Below, piece after piece: positions 28,169-38,183 of a stretch of 64,000 nucleotides of DNA. Under the pieces are notes generated by a model that had not been told where the DNA came from, did not search any database, and worked only from the letters and a program-made list of their open reading frames with translations. How positions within the stretch are numbered: the stretch's first letter is position 1; every line of letters starts with the position of its first letter. Source of the stretch: Thermoanaerobaculia bacterium (GTDB lineage Bacteria; Acidobacteriota; Thermoanaerobaculia; UBA5066). The DNA is taken from assembly GCA_038214715.1 (NCBI GenBank), contig JBBQRP010000021.1:2126-66125 (forward strand). Direction: 5' to 3'. The position numbers and the translations under genes are program-made.

Positions 28169-30775
28169 TCAGCGGGCGGGAGGCCCTGGGGCGGTCGTCT
28201 TGAGCCGTGCGCCCGCGCCGGCGGAGACGAGATTCACGAAGAGGCGGTAGGCCCCGGGAACTCCGGCCGGGAGCTGGCGGAAGAACGCGTAACCCGTGTA
28301 GACGAACGCGCCCTTGCCGTACCGCGCGTAGAGAAGCCCGCCGGGCTTGTCCCCTTCTCCCGGATCGTGGGCCTCGAGCACCGTCTCGTACCGCGGATCC
28401 CACGTCCCGGGAAAATAGAGGCCGCGTTCCTGTACCCAGCCGTCGAAGTCGGCGGGCGTGAGGCGGTTCGGAAACGTGAGGAGGGGACTCGACGGGTTCA
28501 GGAACTCAACGGGTGCTTCTTCCACCGTCACCCGGTCGCGCGAGAGCTTGAAGGGCCACGGGCCGAGCTGCTCCGTGACGAGGTCTCCCGACGTGTTGTA
28601 CTGCGCGACCACGGTGCCTCCCTTCTCGACGTACTCCATGAGGCGCGGCTCGGCGAGCTTCAGTCGCGGACGGGTGTTGTACGCGCGGATCCCGGTCACG
28701 ATCGCGGCGTAGCGCGACAGATCGCCGTTCTCGAGCTCGTCGTCCGACAGGAGTGTGACGGCGTAGCCCATCTGGCGGAGCGCCTCGGGCACTTCATCGC
28801 CCGAGCCCATCACGTAGCCCACAGGAGCCTGCGGCGCCTTCACGTCGAGCCTCAGGACGCGCGCCTCGGCCGGCGGAAAGAGCGTCTGGACCGCGATGTG
28901 GGGATAGTCGACCCGGACGAGTCCCCGCGCATACGTCTTCCCGTTCACGGTCGCCTCCGCCGCGATCGAGCCGGCTGCCGGAGCGGCCCCGGGAGGAGGC
29001 GTCAGCGTGAAGGAGAACGCCTTCTCCTCTCCGCGCGCCGTGAACGCGAAGGAACGCTCCGCGGGCGTGGCCGCGAACCCGGCCGGCGTCCGGAGGCGGA
29101 GAACGCCCGCCGCGGGCCCGCCGCTCGTCAGCGTGACGCGCACTTTTTTCGGCTGGGCGGAGCCGAACGCATAGACCTTCTCGTCGAAGGTCGCCATGAC
29201 GGGAGGCGTGATCACGAACGGGCGGTAGACCTCGCCCCTGACGGGATCCGTGCGGCGCACCGCGACGGGGGCTTCGAAGGGAATCGACGCGCCCGAAACG
29301 TTCACCGTGAAGCGCGCGACGAGCGGCGGCGGATTTTCCGGCAGGCCGATGAGGGAAGAATCGGCCACCTTGAAGAGGCCCTTGCCCGGGCGCTCGCGCA
29401 GCCAGTACGGCTGCGTCGTCGGGACGTCCTCGGGCAGCGTCAGCGCGATCTCCCGGCGGACAGGCTCGTTTGCGGGGAGCGGGATGCTCGCTCCACCCTT
29501 GGCCGGCGCTCCGGCGTACGTCACGGAGATGGATTCGAGCGAGACGGGTCGCGCCGAACGGTTCAGGATCATCGTCGCAACCTTGAGGCCAGCTCCGGGC
29601 ATCGCGGAGGGCTCGCTCGCGATCGCCTCCGTCCAGAGGCCGAGGCACGCGCGAATCGCGTCGGCGATATCGCGCTGTTTCCGGAGGAGGAGGCGATCGG
29701 AAGACCCCCTTGAAGGTGAAGAGGGGGCCTCGCTTCCCGCGGCGGCCAGCCGCTCGACGGCGGTCCATGCCTCCACCAACCGCGGAACCGAGGCGGCCGG
29801 ATCAACCGGGCGAAATTCTTCTTCCGCCCTTCTCAGCAGTCTCTGTATTTCCTTTCCTTCTTCTCCGAACCTTCCCCACGTGAGATCGATTCCCTCGAAG
29901 AGATCTTTCTCCGCGGGCGAGCCCGCGATGTTCTTGAAGTCGTTCAGCCACGTGCCGCGGCGCTCGGCGGAGCCGAAGCCCTGGCTCTTGTGCATCGAGC
30001 GGCTGAGCGCCGCGATCTCCGTGTACGAGCGCCCGAGGAGCGCGTTGTACGCGCCGAGGTCCGCGGTGACCTGCCCGGGAACGTCCTGGCGAGGGGTGTC
30101 GCCTCCGAATCGGAAGACGTTCCAGAGGAGCCGCTTCGGCTTCCACGGCGAGAGCGTCGTGAGCTGCTCGGGGAAGCGCGACGGATCGCCGGCCGCCTCG
30201 AACGCCTCCACGGCGAGGAGCGCGGATGCCGTGTGATGGCCGTGCCCGCCTTCGCCCGTCGTCGGAAAGCGCGTCACGATCACGTCGGGCCGGAACGTGC
30301 GGATGACACGGACCGTGTCGGCGAGGACCTGCTCCTTTCCCCAGATGCGGAGCGCCTCCTCGGGACTCTTCGAATAGCCGAAGTCGATCGCGCGGGAAAA
30401 GAACTGCTTCGCACCGTCCAGCCGTCGCGCCGAAAGGAGCTCCTGCGTCCTCAGGACGCCCATGAGCTCGCCGCTCTCCGTCCCGATGAGATTCTGGCCG
30501 CCGTCCCCACGCGTCATCGAGAGGTAGCCCGCGTCGACGAGCTTTTCCCGCGATGCCCAGGCGAGGAAGGCGGTGTTCTCGTCGTCGGGGTGCGCCGCGA
30601 CGTAGAGCGCTCCGCCGACGACGTTCAGCTTCGCGAGGGCGAGGCGGATCTCGGCGGCGTTCGGCGTTTCGGCGGGGCCCGCGGCCTGGAGCCGGGACGA
30701 GAGGCCCGCGGACGCCGCGAGAACGAGAGCGAGGAGGCTGCCGACGGGGAAGCGGAAGGGGGAGCGTCGCGTCAT
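28169..30775 (-). CDS. Secreted PIG-L/LmbE family deacetylase with C-terminal Ig-like and GATase-like domains
   Basis: AAHPDDE, TRGDGGQN, DFGYSKS, GHGHH, WVQERGLYF. Confidence 0.9.
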   Translation of the reverse strand: MTRRSPFRFPVGSLLALVLAASAGLSSRLQAAGPAETPNAAEIRLALAKLNVVGGALYVAAHPDDENTAFLAWASREKLVDAGYLSMTRGDGGQNLIGTESGELMGVLRTQELLSARRLDGAKQFFSRAIDFGYSKSPEEALRIWGKEQVLADTVRVIRTFRPDVIVTRFPTTGEGGHGHHTASALLAVEAFEAAGDPSRFPEQLTTLSPWKPKRLLWNVFRFGGDTPRQDVPGQVTADLGAYNALLGRSYTEIAALSRSMHKSQGFGSAERRGTWLNDFKNIAGSPAEKDLFEGIDLTWGRFGEEGKEIQRLLRRAEEEFRPVDPAASVPRLVEAWTAVERLAAAGSEAPSSPSRGSSDRLLLRKQRDIADAIRACLGLWTEAIASEPSAMPGAGLKVATMILNRSARPVSLESISVTYAGAPAKGGASIPLPANEPVRREIALTLPEDVPTTQPYWLRERPGKGLFKVADSSLIGLPENPPPLVARFTVNVSGASIPFEAPVAVRRTDPVRGEVYRPFVITPPVMATFDEKVYAFGSAQPKKVRVTLTSGGPAAGVLRLRTPAGFAATPAERSFAFTARGEEKAFSFTLTPPPGAAPAAGSIAAEATVNGKTYARGLVRVDYPHIAVQTLFPPAEARVLRLDVKAPQAPVGYVMGSGDEVPEALRQMGYAVTLLSDDELENGDLSRYAAIVTGIRAYNTRPRLKLAEPRLMEYVEKGGTVVAQYNTSGDLVTEQLGPWPFKLSRDRVTVEEAPVEFLNPSSPLLTFPNRLTPADFDGWVQERGLYFPGTWDPRYETVLEAHDPGEGDKPGGLLYARYGKGAFVYTGYAFFRQLPAGVPGAYRLFVNLVSAGAGARLKTTAPGPPAR

Positions 30776-32076
30776 GCGGCGATTCTAGGGTCTCGGTCGG
30801 AGACGTGCCTTCCGAAGGTTTCCGTCACGGTGAGCGCGAGGACGCACGCGAGGGCGAGCGTGGCGAGGCTCGCGAGGAATGCCGCGTGATATCCCGCGGC
30901 GGGATAGCGGCGCGCGCCGTTCTCGACGATTCCCGTCCAGCGCGCGTCCAGGATGCGTCCGAGGACGCTCTGCATGACCGCCGCCCCGAGGAATCCGCCC
31001 GCGTTCACCGTGGCGGTCGCGATCCCCGAAAACCGGGGCGGATTCACCTCGCGCGCGAGGACCCACGTGAGCGTGAAGCAGCTCGCCGTAAGGCCGACGA
31101 GAAAGCACAGCGGACCGAGAAGAGCGCGGGGAGGGCCTCCGGCGGGGACCGCGATACAGGCCCACACCGCCGTGTAGACGAACGTGAAGAGGACGTACGG
31201 GAGCCGGCGTGCCCGGAAGACGCGGTCCGAGAGGAAGCCGGCCGAAGGAGCGCCGAAGACGACGCCGATCCCCACGAGGGACACGATTTCCGAGGCCTTC
31301 CGGGGCGACATCCCGTAGACGTCGCGCATCCACGGGACGGCCCAGAGCCCGGAAAAAGAGATGAGCGTTCCGTACTGGCAGAAGAAGACGAGGAACATCG
31401 GCCACGTACGTCGGTTTCCCCACACGGCCCGATAGCCTTCGCGGACGCTCATCGGCGGCGGATCGCCCCGCGGGGCCGGGGGCGTGAATCCTGCGTCCTC
31501 GGGACGGTCGCGGACGACGGCAAGGCACAGCGCCCCGAGAAAAAGAGACAGCGCGGCGACTAAGCCGAAGGTCGTTCGCCAGCCGGCGGCGGACACGGCG
31601 AAGGCGAGAGGCGCGGCCGCCAGGAGGCCGCCGAGGTTTCCCGCCACCTGCGTGAGGCCCGACCACGTACCGAACTCGTCGGGCCGGAACCACGCGCCGA
31701 CCAGCTTGAGCGTGCCGATGAAGATGACGGAAGCTCCGGCTCCGACCACCACACGCGCGCCGTAGGCCGCCGGGAGGCCGTGGGCGCCGGCGAAAAGCGC
31801 GCCGCCTGAGGCCATCACGGCGGCGCCCGCGGCCACGGCGCGGCGCGGTCCCCACGCGTCGACGGCCGCGCCGACGAGGAACTGCATGGCCGCGAAGGCG
31901 TACAGATACAGCGCGGCCATCGTCGCGACCTCGACACCCGTCGCCGCGAAGCTCGCCATGAGGTCCTTCGCGAGGACCGCGGGCGCGATCCGGTGGAAGT
32001 ACGAGACGACGTACACGAGGGCGAGAACGCCCCAGACGAGGAGACGGCGGGCGCGGAAGGAGAGGGCGATCGTCAA
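30772..32076 (-). CDS. MFS transporter
   Basis: About 12 TM helices, DAWGPRR and GFLSDRV loop motifs. Confidence 0.9.
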   Translation of the reverse strand: MTIALSFRARRLLVWGVLALVYVVSYFHRIAPAVLAKDLMASFAATGVEVATMAALYLYAFAAMQFLVGAAVDAWGPRRAVAAGAAVMASGGALFAGAHGLPAAYGARVVVGAGASVIFIGTLKLVGAWFRPDEFGTWSGLTQVAGNLGGLLAAAPLAFAVSAAGWRTTFGLVAALSLFLGALCLAVVRDRPEDAGFTPPAPRGDPPPMSVREGYRAVWGNRRTWPMFLVFFCQYGTLISFSGLWAVPWMRDVYGMSPRKASEIVSLVGIGVVFGAPSAGFLSDRVFRARRLPYVLFTFVYTAVWACIAVPAGGPPRALLGPLCFLVGLTASCFTLTWVLAREVNPPRFSGIATATVNAGGFLGAAVMQSVLGRILDARWTGIVENGARRYPAAGYHAAFLASLATLALACVLALTVTETFGRHVSDRDPRIAA

Positions 32077-32801
32077 GCCTTGCCGGCGGCTTCGCCGAGG
32101 TACGCGGCCCGCACGCGGAGGTCCTTCGCGAGCGTTTTCGCGTCGCCCGAAATCTCGATCTTCCCGTGCTCGATGACGTACGCGGTGTCCGCCACGGCGA
32201 GAGCGCGGTACGCGAGCTGCTCCACGAGGAGCATCGTGATGCCGCGCGCCTTGAGGAGGGAGAGGATTCGGAAGACCTCGTCGATGAGAAGAGGCGCGAG
32301 GCCCATCGAGGGCTCGTCGAGGAGGACGACGCGCGGCTTGCTCATGAGAGCGCGCCCGATCGCGAGCATCTGCTGCTCGCCCCCGGAGAGCGTGCCCGCG
32401 AGCTGCGTCTTACGCTCGGCGAGCCGCGGAAAAGATGTGAAGACGTCCTCGAGCAGGGCGTCGATCTCCTTCTTCGGCGTCCGTCCCCGGTGGGAGAACG
32501 CGCCGAGGGAGAGGTTGTCGAGGACGCTCTGGTCCGGAAACACGCGCCGGCCCTCGGGCACGTGCGCGACGCCGAGGCGTGCGATCACGTGCGGCTTCTC
32601 ACCGCCGAGCGGACGGCCCTCGAGGCTCACGGTGCCCGAGGCGGGCCGGAGCAGGCCCGAGATCGTCCGGAGCATCGTCGTCTTCCCGGCGCCGTTCGAC
32701 CCGATGACCGCCACGAGCTTCCCCTCGGGCACCGAAAGCGAGACCCCGTGAAGGGCCTCGAGCGGGCCGTACCTCACGACGAGATCCCGGATCTCAAGCA
32801 T
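32073..32801 (-). CDS. livF: Branched-chain amino acid-type ABC ATPase
   Basis: GSNGAGKT, VPEGRRVF, LSGGEQQML, DEPSMGLAP. Confidence 0.93.
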   Translation of the reverse strand: MLEIRDLVVRYGPLEALHGVSLSVPEGKLVAVIGSNGAGKTTMLRTISGLLRPASGTVSLEGRPLGGEKPHVIARLGVAHVPEGRRVFPDQSVLDNLSLGAFSHRGRTPKKEIDALLEDVFTSFPRLAERKTQLAGTLSGGEQQMLAIGRALMSKPRVVLLDEPSMGLAPLLIDEVFRILSLLKARGITMLLVEQLAYRALAVADTAYVIEHGKIEISGDAKTLAKDLRVRAAYLGEAAGKA

Positions 32802-34608
32802 CGGCGGCCATGCCGTGCGCGTCGGTTCCGAGATACGCGCTGATCACGCGCTCGTCCTTCTGGATGTCCGCGGGGATGCCCTCGGCGATCTTCTCGCCGA
32901 AGTCGAGGACCGTGATCGCGTCCGAGACGGACATCACGAGGTCCATGTGGTGCTCGATGAGGAGGACCGCGAGCCCGCGCTCCTTCATCCTCGCGATGAG
33001 GGTGTCCACGCCCGCGATCTCGCCCGCCGTGAGACCCGCGGCGGGCTCGTCGAGCACCACGAGGAGGGGGTCCTGTGCAAGGGCCCGCGCGATCTCGAGG
33101 AGGCGCTGCTTGCCGTAGGGCAGGTTCCGGGCGCGCTCTCCCGCGAGACCCGCGAGGCCCACGAACTCGAGGAGCGAGAGAGCCCGGAGGCGCGCGTCCC
33201 GTTCCTCGCGCTTCGCGCGCGGCGTCCTCAGGAGGACGTGCAGGAGGCCGCCGTGGAAGGTGTGGTGAAGGCCCACGAGCACGTTCCCAAGGACCGTCAT
33301 GTCGCCGAAGAGCGCCACGTTCTGGAACGTACGGGCCACTCCCGAGCGCGACACCTCGAACGGGCTCGCGTTCCCGTAGGGCCGCCCCGCGAGGACGACG
33401 CGGCCCGACGTGGGCCGGTAGACGCCCGTCAGGAGGTTAACGGTCGTGGACTTGCCAGATCCGTTCGGGCCGATGAGCGCGTGCACCTCGCCGGGACGGA
33501 TTGCCAGGTCGAGCCTGTTCACGGCAACGAGGCCGCCGAAGGCGATCGTGAGGCGTTCCGTCGAAAGGAGGGTCCCGCCCGCCTGCGTCGCCCGTCGCGC
33601 CTCCTCTCCCTCGCGCACGCGGATGGCGGAGGGCACCGCGTCGCGGGCTGCCTTGGCCACGGGCGCGCGCGGCTTCCAGAAGAGACCGAAGAGCCTGCGG
33701 AGGAGGCCCGCGAGGCCGCCCGGCAGGACGTAGAGCGTGAAGAGAAGAAGGCCGCCGAACGTCATCAGCTGGTAGTCGGCGAAGCGGTTGAAGACGTCGG
33801 GCAGGACGACGACGACGAGACATCCGAGGACGTTCCCGAGCAGCGACCTCGTCCCGCCGAAAATGAGCGCGATGAGGAAGAGGATCGAGAGCTGGAGGGA
33901 GAACGTCGTCGGGCCGACGTACTTGTCGATGTGGATGAAGAGAGCGCCCGCGAGGCCCGCGAGCGCCGCCGAGAGGACGAAGACGGAGAGTTTGTAGCGG
34001 TAGCGGCTGATGCCCGAGCACTCGGCCGCGATGGAGCTCTCCTTCAGGGCCTCGAACGCGCGTCCCCAGTAGCTCGTCGCGACGCGGTGCACGGCGAGGA
34101 GGGAGAGCAGCATGAGGGGGTAGACGAGGAAGTAGAGGTTGTTTCCCTCGAAGTTGAGTCTTCCCCATACGAGCTTCGGGATGTTCTGGATGCCCTGCGA
34201 GCCCTCGGTCAGGTTCTCGGCCTCGTTGACGACCGTCTGGACGATGATGCCGAACGCGATCGTCGAGACCGCAAGGTAGGGGCCCGAGAGGCGGAGAGCC
34301 GGAACGCCGAGGAGGAGCCCGAAGAGCGCGCCCATCGCGATCGCGGCGAGCGCCGCGGGCAGGAAGGGCCAGTGTGCCTTCGTGACGAGGATCGCGGCGG
34401 TGTACGCGCCCGCCGCGTACAGCCCCGCGTGACCGACCGAGACGTCGCCCGAGTAGCCGACGACGAGGTCGAGGCCGGAGACGAGGATGACGTAGATGCA
34501 GACCTTGCACGCGACGCTGTGGACGTAGTAGGGGTTCTGCGTCACGAACGGCAGAAAGAGGAAGGCGGCCGCGGCGACGAGGACGAGGACGCGGAGAGCG
34601 CGCGGCAT
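32794..34608 (-). CDS. Fused LivM permease/LivG ATPase
   Basis: N-terminal permease (LRLSGPYLAVST), C-terminal GPNGSGKS, RTFQN, LPYGKQRLLEIARAL. Confidence 0.92.
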   Translation of the reverse strand: MPRALRVLVLVAAAAFLFLPFVTQNPYYVHSVACKVCIYVILVSGLDLVVGYSGDVSVGHAGLYAAGAYTAAILVTKAHWPFLPAALAAIAMGALFGLLLGVPALRLSGPYLAVSTIAFGIIVQTVVNEAENLTEGSQGIQNIPKLVWGRLNFEGNNLYFLVYPLMLLSLLAVHRVATSYWGRAFEALKESSIAAECSGISRYRYKLSVFVLSAALAGLAGALFIHIDKYVGPTTFSLQLSILFLIALIFGGTRSLLGNVLGCLVVVVLPDVFNRFADYQLMTFGGLLLFTLYVLPGGLAGLLRRLFGLFWKPRAPVAKAARDAVPSAIRVREGEEARRATQAGGTLLSTERLTIAFGGLVAVNRLDLAIRPGEVHALIGPNGSGKSTTVNLLTGVYRPTSGRVVLAGRPYGNASPFEVSRSGVARTFQNVALFGDMTVLGNVLVGLHHTFHGGLLHVLLRTPRAKREERDARLRALSLLEFVGLAGLAGERARNLPYGKQRLLEIARALAQDPLLVVLDEPAAGLTAGEIAGVDTLIARMKERGLAVLLIEHHMDLVMSVSDAITVLDFGEKIAEGIPADIQKDERVISAYLGTDAHGMAADA

Positions 34609-34614
34609 GCAGGG

Positions 34615-35493
34615 TCAGACCTTCTTGATCGTCTTCTTGCCGAAGAGGCCGGACGGCTTCACGAGGAGAATGAGGATGAGAAGGACGAAACCCGGCGTGT
34701 CCTTGTATCCCGTCGACACGTACCGCGCCGTGAATTGCTCGGAGAGGCCGAGGAGGAGACCGCCCACGAGGACGCCGAGCCCGGACTGGAGCCCGCCCAC
34801 GATCGCGACGGCGTACGCCTTCGTGCCGAGGAGCGTCCCCATCGTGGCACCCGCGAGCGTGAGCGGCGCGACGAGGACGCCGGACACCGCGGCGATCGAC
34901 GAGGAGAGGACGAAGGAGAACGTGATCACGAGGGGGACGTTGATGCCCATCAGGGCCGCCGCGTCCTTGTCGGCCGCGACCGCGGTGACCGCCTTTCCCC
35001 AGATCGACTTCCTGAGGAAGAGCTCGACGCCGGACATGATGACGGCCGCGGCGCCGATCACGAGGAGTTCCTGGGGGAGCACCCGCACGCCGAGAAACGT
35101 GAGCGGCTCGTCGCCGAGGGGCGCGGGGAAGCGGACGTCGTCCGTTCCCCAGATCCTTTCCGCCGCGTTGCGCGCGATGATGCCGAGAGCGACGGTCGCG
35201 AGAATCCAGCTCACCGCCGAACGGGTCTTCAGGGCCGGGGCGATCGCGGCCTTTTCGAGGACGACGCCGAGGACGCAACCGACGAGAGCCGACGCGAAGA
35301 GCGCGCCCGCGTAGCCGAGCTTCCACGTGACGGCCGCCGTGAGCCCGGTGAGGGCTCCGAGCATGAGGAACTCGCCCTGCGCGAAATTGATCGTCCGCGA
35401 CGTCGAGAACGTGATGCTGTAACCGAAGGCGAGAAGCGCATAGATCATCCCGAGGGCGACGCCGCTCAGGATCAGCTGCAGGAGGTCGGTCAT
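34615..35493 (-). CDS. livH: Branched-chain amino acid ABC permease
   Basis: GMIYALLAFG, INFAQGE, AALMGIN, KPSGLFG. Confidence 0.92.
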   Translation of the reverse strand: MTDLLQLILSGVALGMIYALLAFGYSITFSTSRTINFAQGEFLMLGALTGLTAAVTWKLGYAGALFASALVGCVLGVVLEKAAIAPALKTRSAVSWILATVALGIIARNAAERIWGTDDVRFPAPLGDEPLTFLGVRVLPQELLVIGAAAVIMSGVELFLRKSIWGKAVTAVAADKDAAALMGINVPLVITFSFVLSSSIAAVSGVLVAPLTLAGATMGTLLGTKAYAVAIVGGLQSGLGVLVGGLLLGLSEQFTARYVSTGYKDTPGFVLLILILLVKPSGLFGKKTIKKV

Positions 35494-35549
35494 CTCCCGG
35501 CCGGCGCCCTCGCCTTCACGTCATCATGCTCCGCCGTCCACGCGGTCAT
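35490..35549 (-). CDS. 19-aa bridging mini-ORF MTAWTAEHDDVKARAPAGR
   Basis: ATG overlaps the SBP stop (ATGA) and TGA overlaps the livH start (ATGA); exactly 20 codons. Confidence 0.5.
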   Translation of the reverse strand: MTAWTAEHDDVKARAPAGR

Positions 35550-36706
35550 TTCGTGGGGGGCTGAACCTCGCCCTTGCCCACGACGCCCATGAGGACCTGT
35601 TCGCGGTGGACGGCTTCGTGGTCGGTCTTGCTGAAAGGCTTCGCCCACGTCGCGATGACGCCGACGTAGGGCTTCTTGAGGTCCTCGAGCGCGGCCTTGA
35701 TCTTCGGCCCCTCGGTGCCGCCCGCCTGCTCGATCGCCTGCGCCAGGACGTACATGGAGTCGTATCCCTGCGCGGCCGAGACGGCGGACGGGATGCGCTC
35801 GACCGTGAACTTCTTCTGGTAGTCCGCGATGAACTTCTTCGCCTTCGGGCTCGTGGCGCCGCGCTGGATGAAGGTCTGCGGCATCGTCGCGCCGTCGCCG
35901 TTCGGACCCGCCGCGTCGATGAAGTTCGACATCGAGAGCGTCCAGCTTCCGATCATCGGGACCCTCCAGCCCAGCTTCTGCATGCCGTTCGCGATCTGCG
36001 CGAGCTCGGGCCCGATCCCGTAAGCGAGGATCGCCTCGGCGCCCGCCTTCCGTGCCTCCTGGAGCTGCGCCGTCATGTCCGTGTCCTTGATCTTGAACTT
36101 GCCGACGTAGACGGGCGTAATCTTGCGGGCCGCGAGCGCGTCTTCCATCTTCTGCCGGCCGTTCTGGCCGTAGTTCGTGTCGTCGCAGAGGAGCGCGACC
36201 TTCTTGAACTTCTTCTTGTCCACGCCCTCCGACACGATCATCTCGGCCTGGATCGGATCGCCGGCCGCGATGCGGAAGACGTAGTTGTCGGGATAGTCCT
36301 TGAAGAGCTCGTTGACCGGCGCGCCCGCCGAGACGTTGATGAGGAGAGGGACCTTCGCCTCCATCGGATACTTGTAGGAGGCCAGCGCGACGCCGGTGTT
36401 GATCGGCCCGAGAACGGCCGCCACCTTCTCGTTCGAGACGAGGTCCTGCATGACCTGGGCGCCGCGCTCGTTCACGGCCTGGTCGTCGCGGTCGACGAGC
36501 TCGATCTTGCGGCCGAGGATCCCGCCCTTCGCGTTGATCTCGTCCGCGGCGAGGCGCACGCCATTGCGCATCGAGAGCCCCATCGGGGAGGAGCCGCCCG
36601 AGAACGGACCGTAGACGCCGATCTTGATCGGGTCGGCGGCGAACGCCTGCGCTCCGAAGAGGGCGCCGGCGAGGAGGACGAAGAGACGTGTTGAAGGGCT
36701 GCGCAT
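35546..36706 (-). CDS. Liv-type ABC substrate-binding protein
   Basis: Signal peptide, IKIG, INAKGGILGRKIELV, AAQGYD; RBS AGGAG. Confidence 0.92.
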   Translation of the reverse strand: MRSPSTRLFVLLAGALFGAQAFAADPIKIGVYGPFSGGSSPMGLSMRNGVRLAADEINAKGGILGRKIELVDRDDQAVNERGAQVMQDLVSNEKVAAVLGPINTGVALASYKYPMEAKVPLLINVSAGAPVNELFKDYPDNYVFRIAAGDPIQAEMIVSEGVDKKKFKKVALLCDDTNYGQNGRQKMEDALAARKITPVYVGKFKIKDTDMTAQLQEARKAGAEAILAYGIGPELAQIANGMQKLGWRVPMIGSWTLSMSNFIDAAGPNGDGATMPQTFIQRGATSPKAKKFIADYQKKFTVERIPSAVSAAQGYDSMYVLAQAIEQAGGTEGPKIKAALEDLKKPYVGVIATWAKPFSKTDHEAVHREQVLMGVVGKGEVQPPTK

Positions 36707-36767
36707 GGGATCTCCTTCTGATGATGTGACCGGAAGAATACGGCGTCCGGCGGTGCCGCGTCGAGCG

Positions 36768-38183
36768 TTACGCGAGGGTCGGCGGCCTCTTCCGGTACCA
36801 CTCCGTCCGCGCCTGGTACGCCGTGCCGAGAGCGACGAGCGTCTCGTCGGAGAACGCGCGGCCCGTGAACTGGAGAGCCGTCGGGAGCGCGTTCTCGCCG
36901 AACCCGTTCAAGACCGAGAGCGCAGGCTGTCCCGCGAGGTTGCCCGCTGCGATGACCGAGGGGCCGCCGCTGATTCCCGGGTAGACCTTGTCGAAGTCCG
37001 GTCCGATCGGGTACGACACGGAAGCCCGGGTGGGGGACACGAGCGCGTCGAACTTAGCGTAGAGACCGTCGAGGGCCCTCTTCATCGGAGCCCTGAGGCG
37101 CATCGCCTGGATGTAGTCGACCGCGAGTGTCATGGACGCGGCGTATCCGCCCCAGCGGTCGTTCGGAACGCGCAGCTCCTTCGACCGTCCGCTCTCCACG
37201 AGGTCGCGGAATGCGCTCGCGCCTTCGGCCGACACGATGGTTCCAACAGCCGGCCCGTAGGGAAATTCCGGAAATGCGACGTCGGGAAAGATGTCCGCGA
37301 ATTCCGCGAGGATCTTCAGGGAGGCCTCGAAATTCCTTCGCACCTCGGGCTGCACCTTTTCGGTCGTGCCCTGGATGACGCCGATCCGGAAGCGGCGGGG
37401 CCTCGCGCCCTTCGCCGGCGCGTGGAACGGCCGCGCGAGGGACGACGCGTCGAGGGGATCCCGCCCGGCGATCGCCGCCATCACGAGGCCGCAGTCCTCG
37501 GCCGTGCGGCACAGGGGGCCGAGCTTGTCGAGCGTCCAGCAGAGGGCCATGGCGCCGTGCCGGCTCACGCGGCCGTAGGTGGGCCTGAGGCCCGTGACGC
37601 CCGAGAACGCCGCCGGCGTCACGATCGAGCCCGATGTCTCCGACCCGATCGAGAATCCGACGAGCCCGGCGGCGGTCGCGGCGCCCGGGCCCGAGGACGA
37701 TCCGCCGGACCAGAAGTCCGTGTTCCAGGGAGTCCGTCCCGGTCCGGTGAACGACGCATCGGCGTTGTTGTATCCGAAGCCCCCGGCGAGCTCGACCATC
37801 GCGAGCTTTCCGACGAGAACGGCGCCCGCTTCGCGGAGCCTCTTCACGACCGTCGCGTCCTCGCCGAAGACCTGCGTCCGGAATGGCTCCGCTCCCCACG
37901 TCGTCGGAATCCCCTTCGTCGCGAGGAGATCCTTCACGCCGTACGGGATCCCGTGGAGAGGTCCCCGCCACTTCCCGGCCGCGATCTCCGACTCGGCGGC
38001 CTTCGCCTCTTTCATCGCGAGATCGCGCGTGACGGTCACGACAGCGCCGAGCTTCGGCCCGATGCGCTCGAGGCGCGCGAGGTATCCCTCGGCGAGGTCG
38101 ACCGGCGACAGCTGCTTCGCCTTGAGCTTCGCGGAGAGCTCCGCGATGGAAAGGAAGAAGAGCGACTCGTCGAGCGCCATCAC
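36768..38183 (-). CDS. Amidase-signature enzyme (GatA/AtzE-like) without signal peptide
   Basis: GVKDL, GGSSSG, GSETSGSI, GLRPTYGRVS. Confidence 0.92.
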   Translation of the reverse strand: MMALDESLFFLSIAELSAKLKAKQLSPVDLAEGYLARLERIGPKLGAVVTVTRDLAMKEAKAAESEIAAGKWRGPLHGIPYGVKDLLATKGIPTTWGAEPFRTQVFGEDATVVKRLREAGAVLVGKLAMVELAGGFGYNNADASFTGPGRTPWNTDFWSGGSSSGPGAATAAGLVGFSIGSETSGSIVTPAAFSGVTGLRPTYGRVSRHGAMALCWTLDKLGPLCRTAEDCGLVMAAIAGRDPLDASSLARPFHAPAKGARPRRFRIGVIQGTTEKVQPEVRRNFEASLKILAEFADIFPDVAFPEFPYGPAVGTIVSAEGASAFRDLVESGRSKELRVPNDRWGGYAASMTLAVDYIQAMRLRAPMKRALDGLYAKFDALVSPTRASVSYPIGPDFDKVYPGISGGPSVIAAGNLAGQPALSVLNGFGENALPTALQFTGRAFSDETLVALGTAYQARTEWYRKRPPTLA

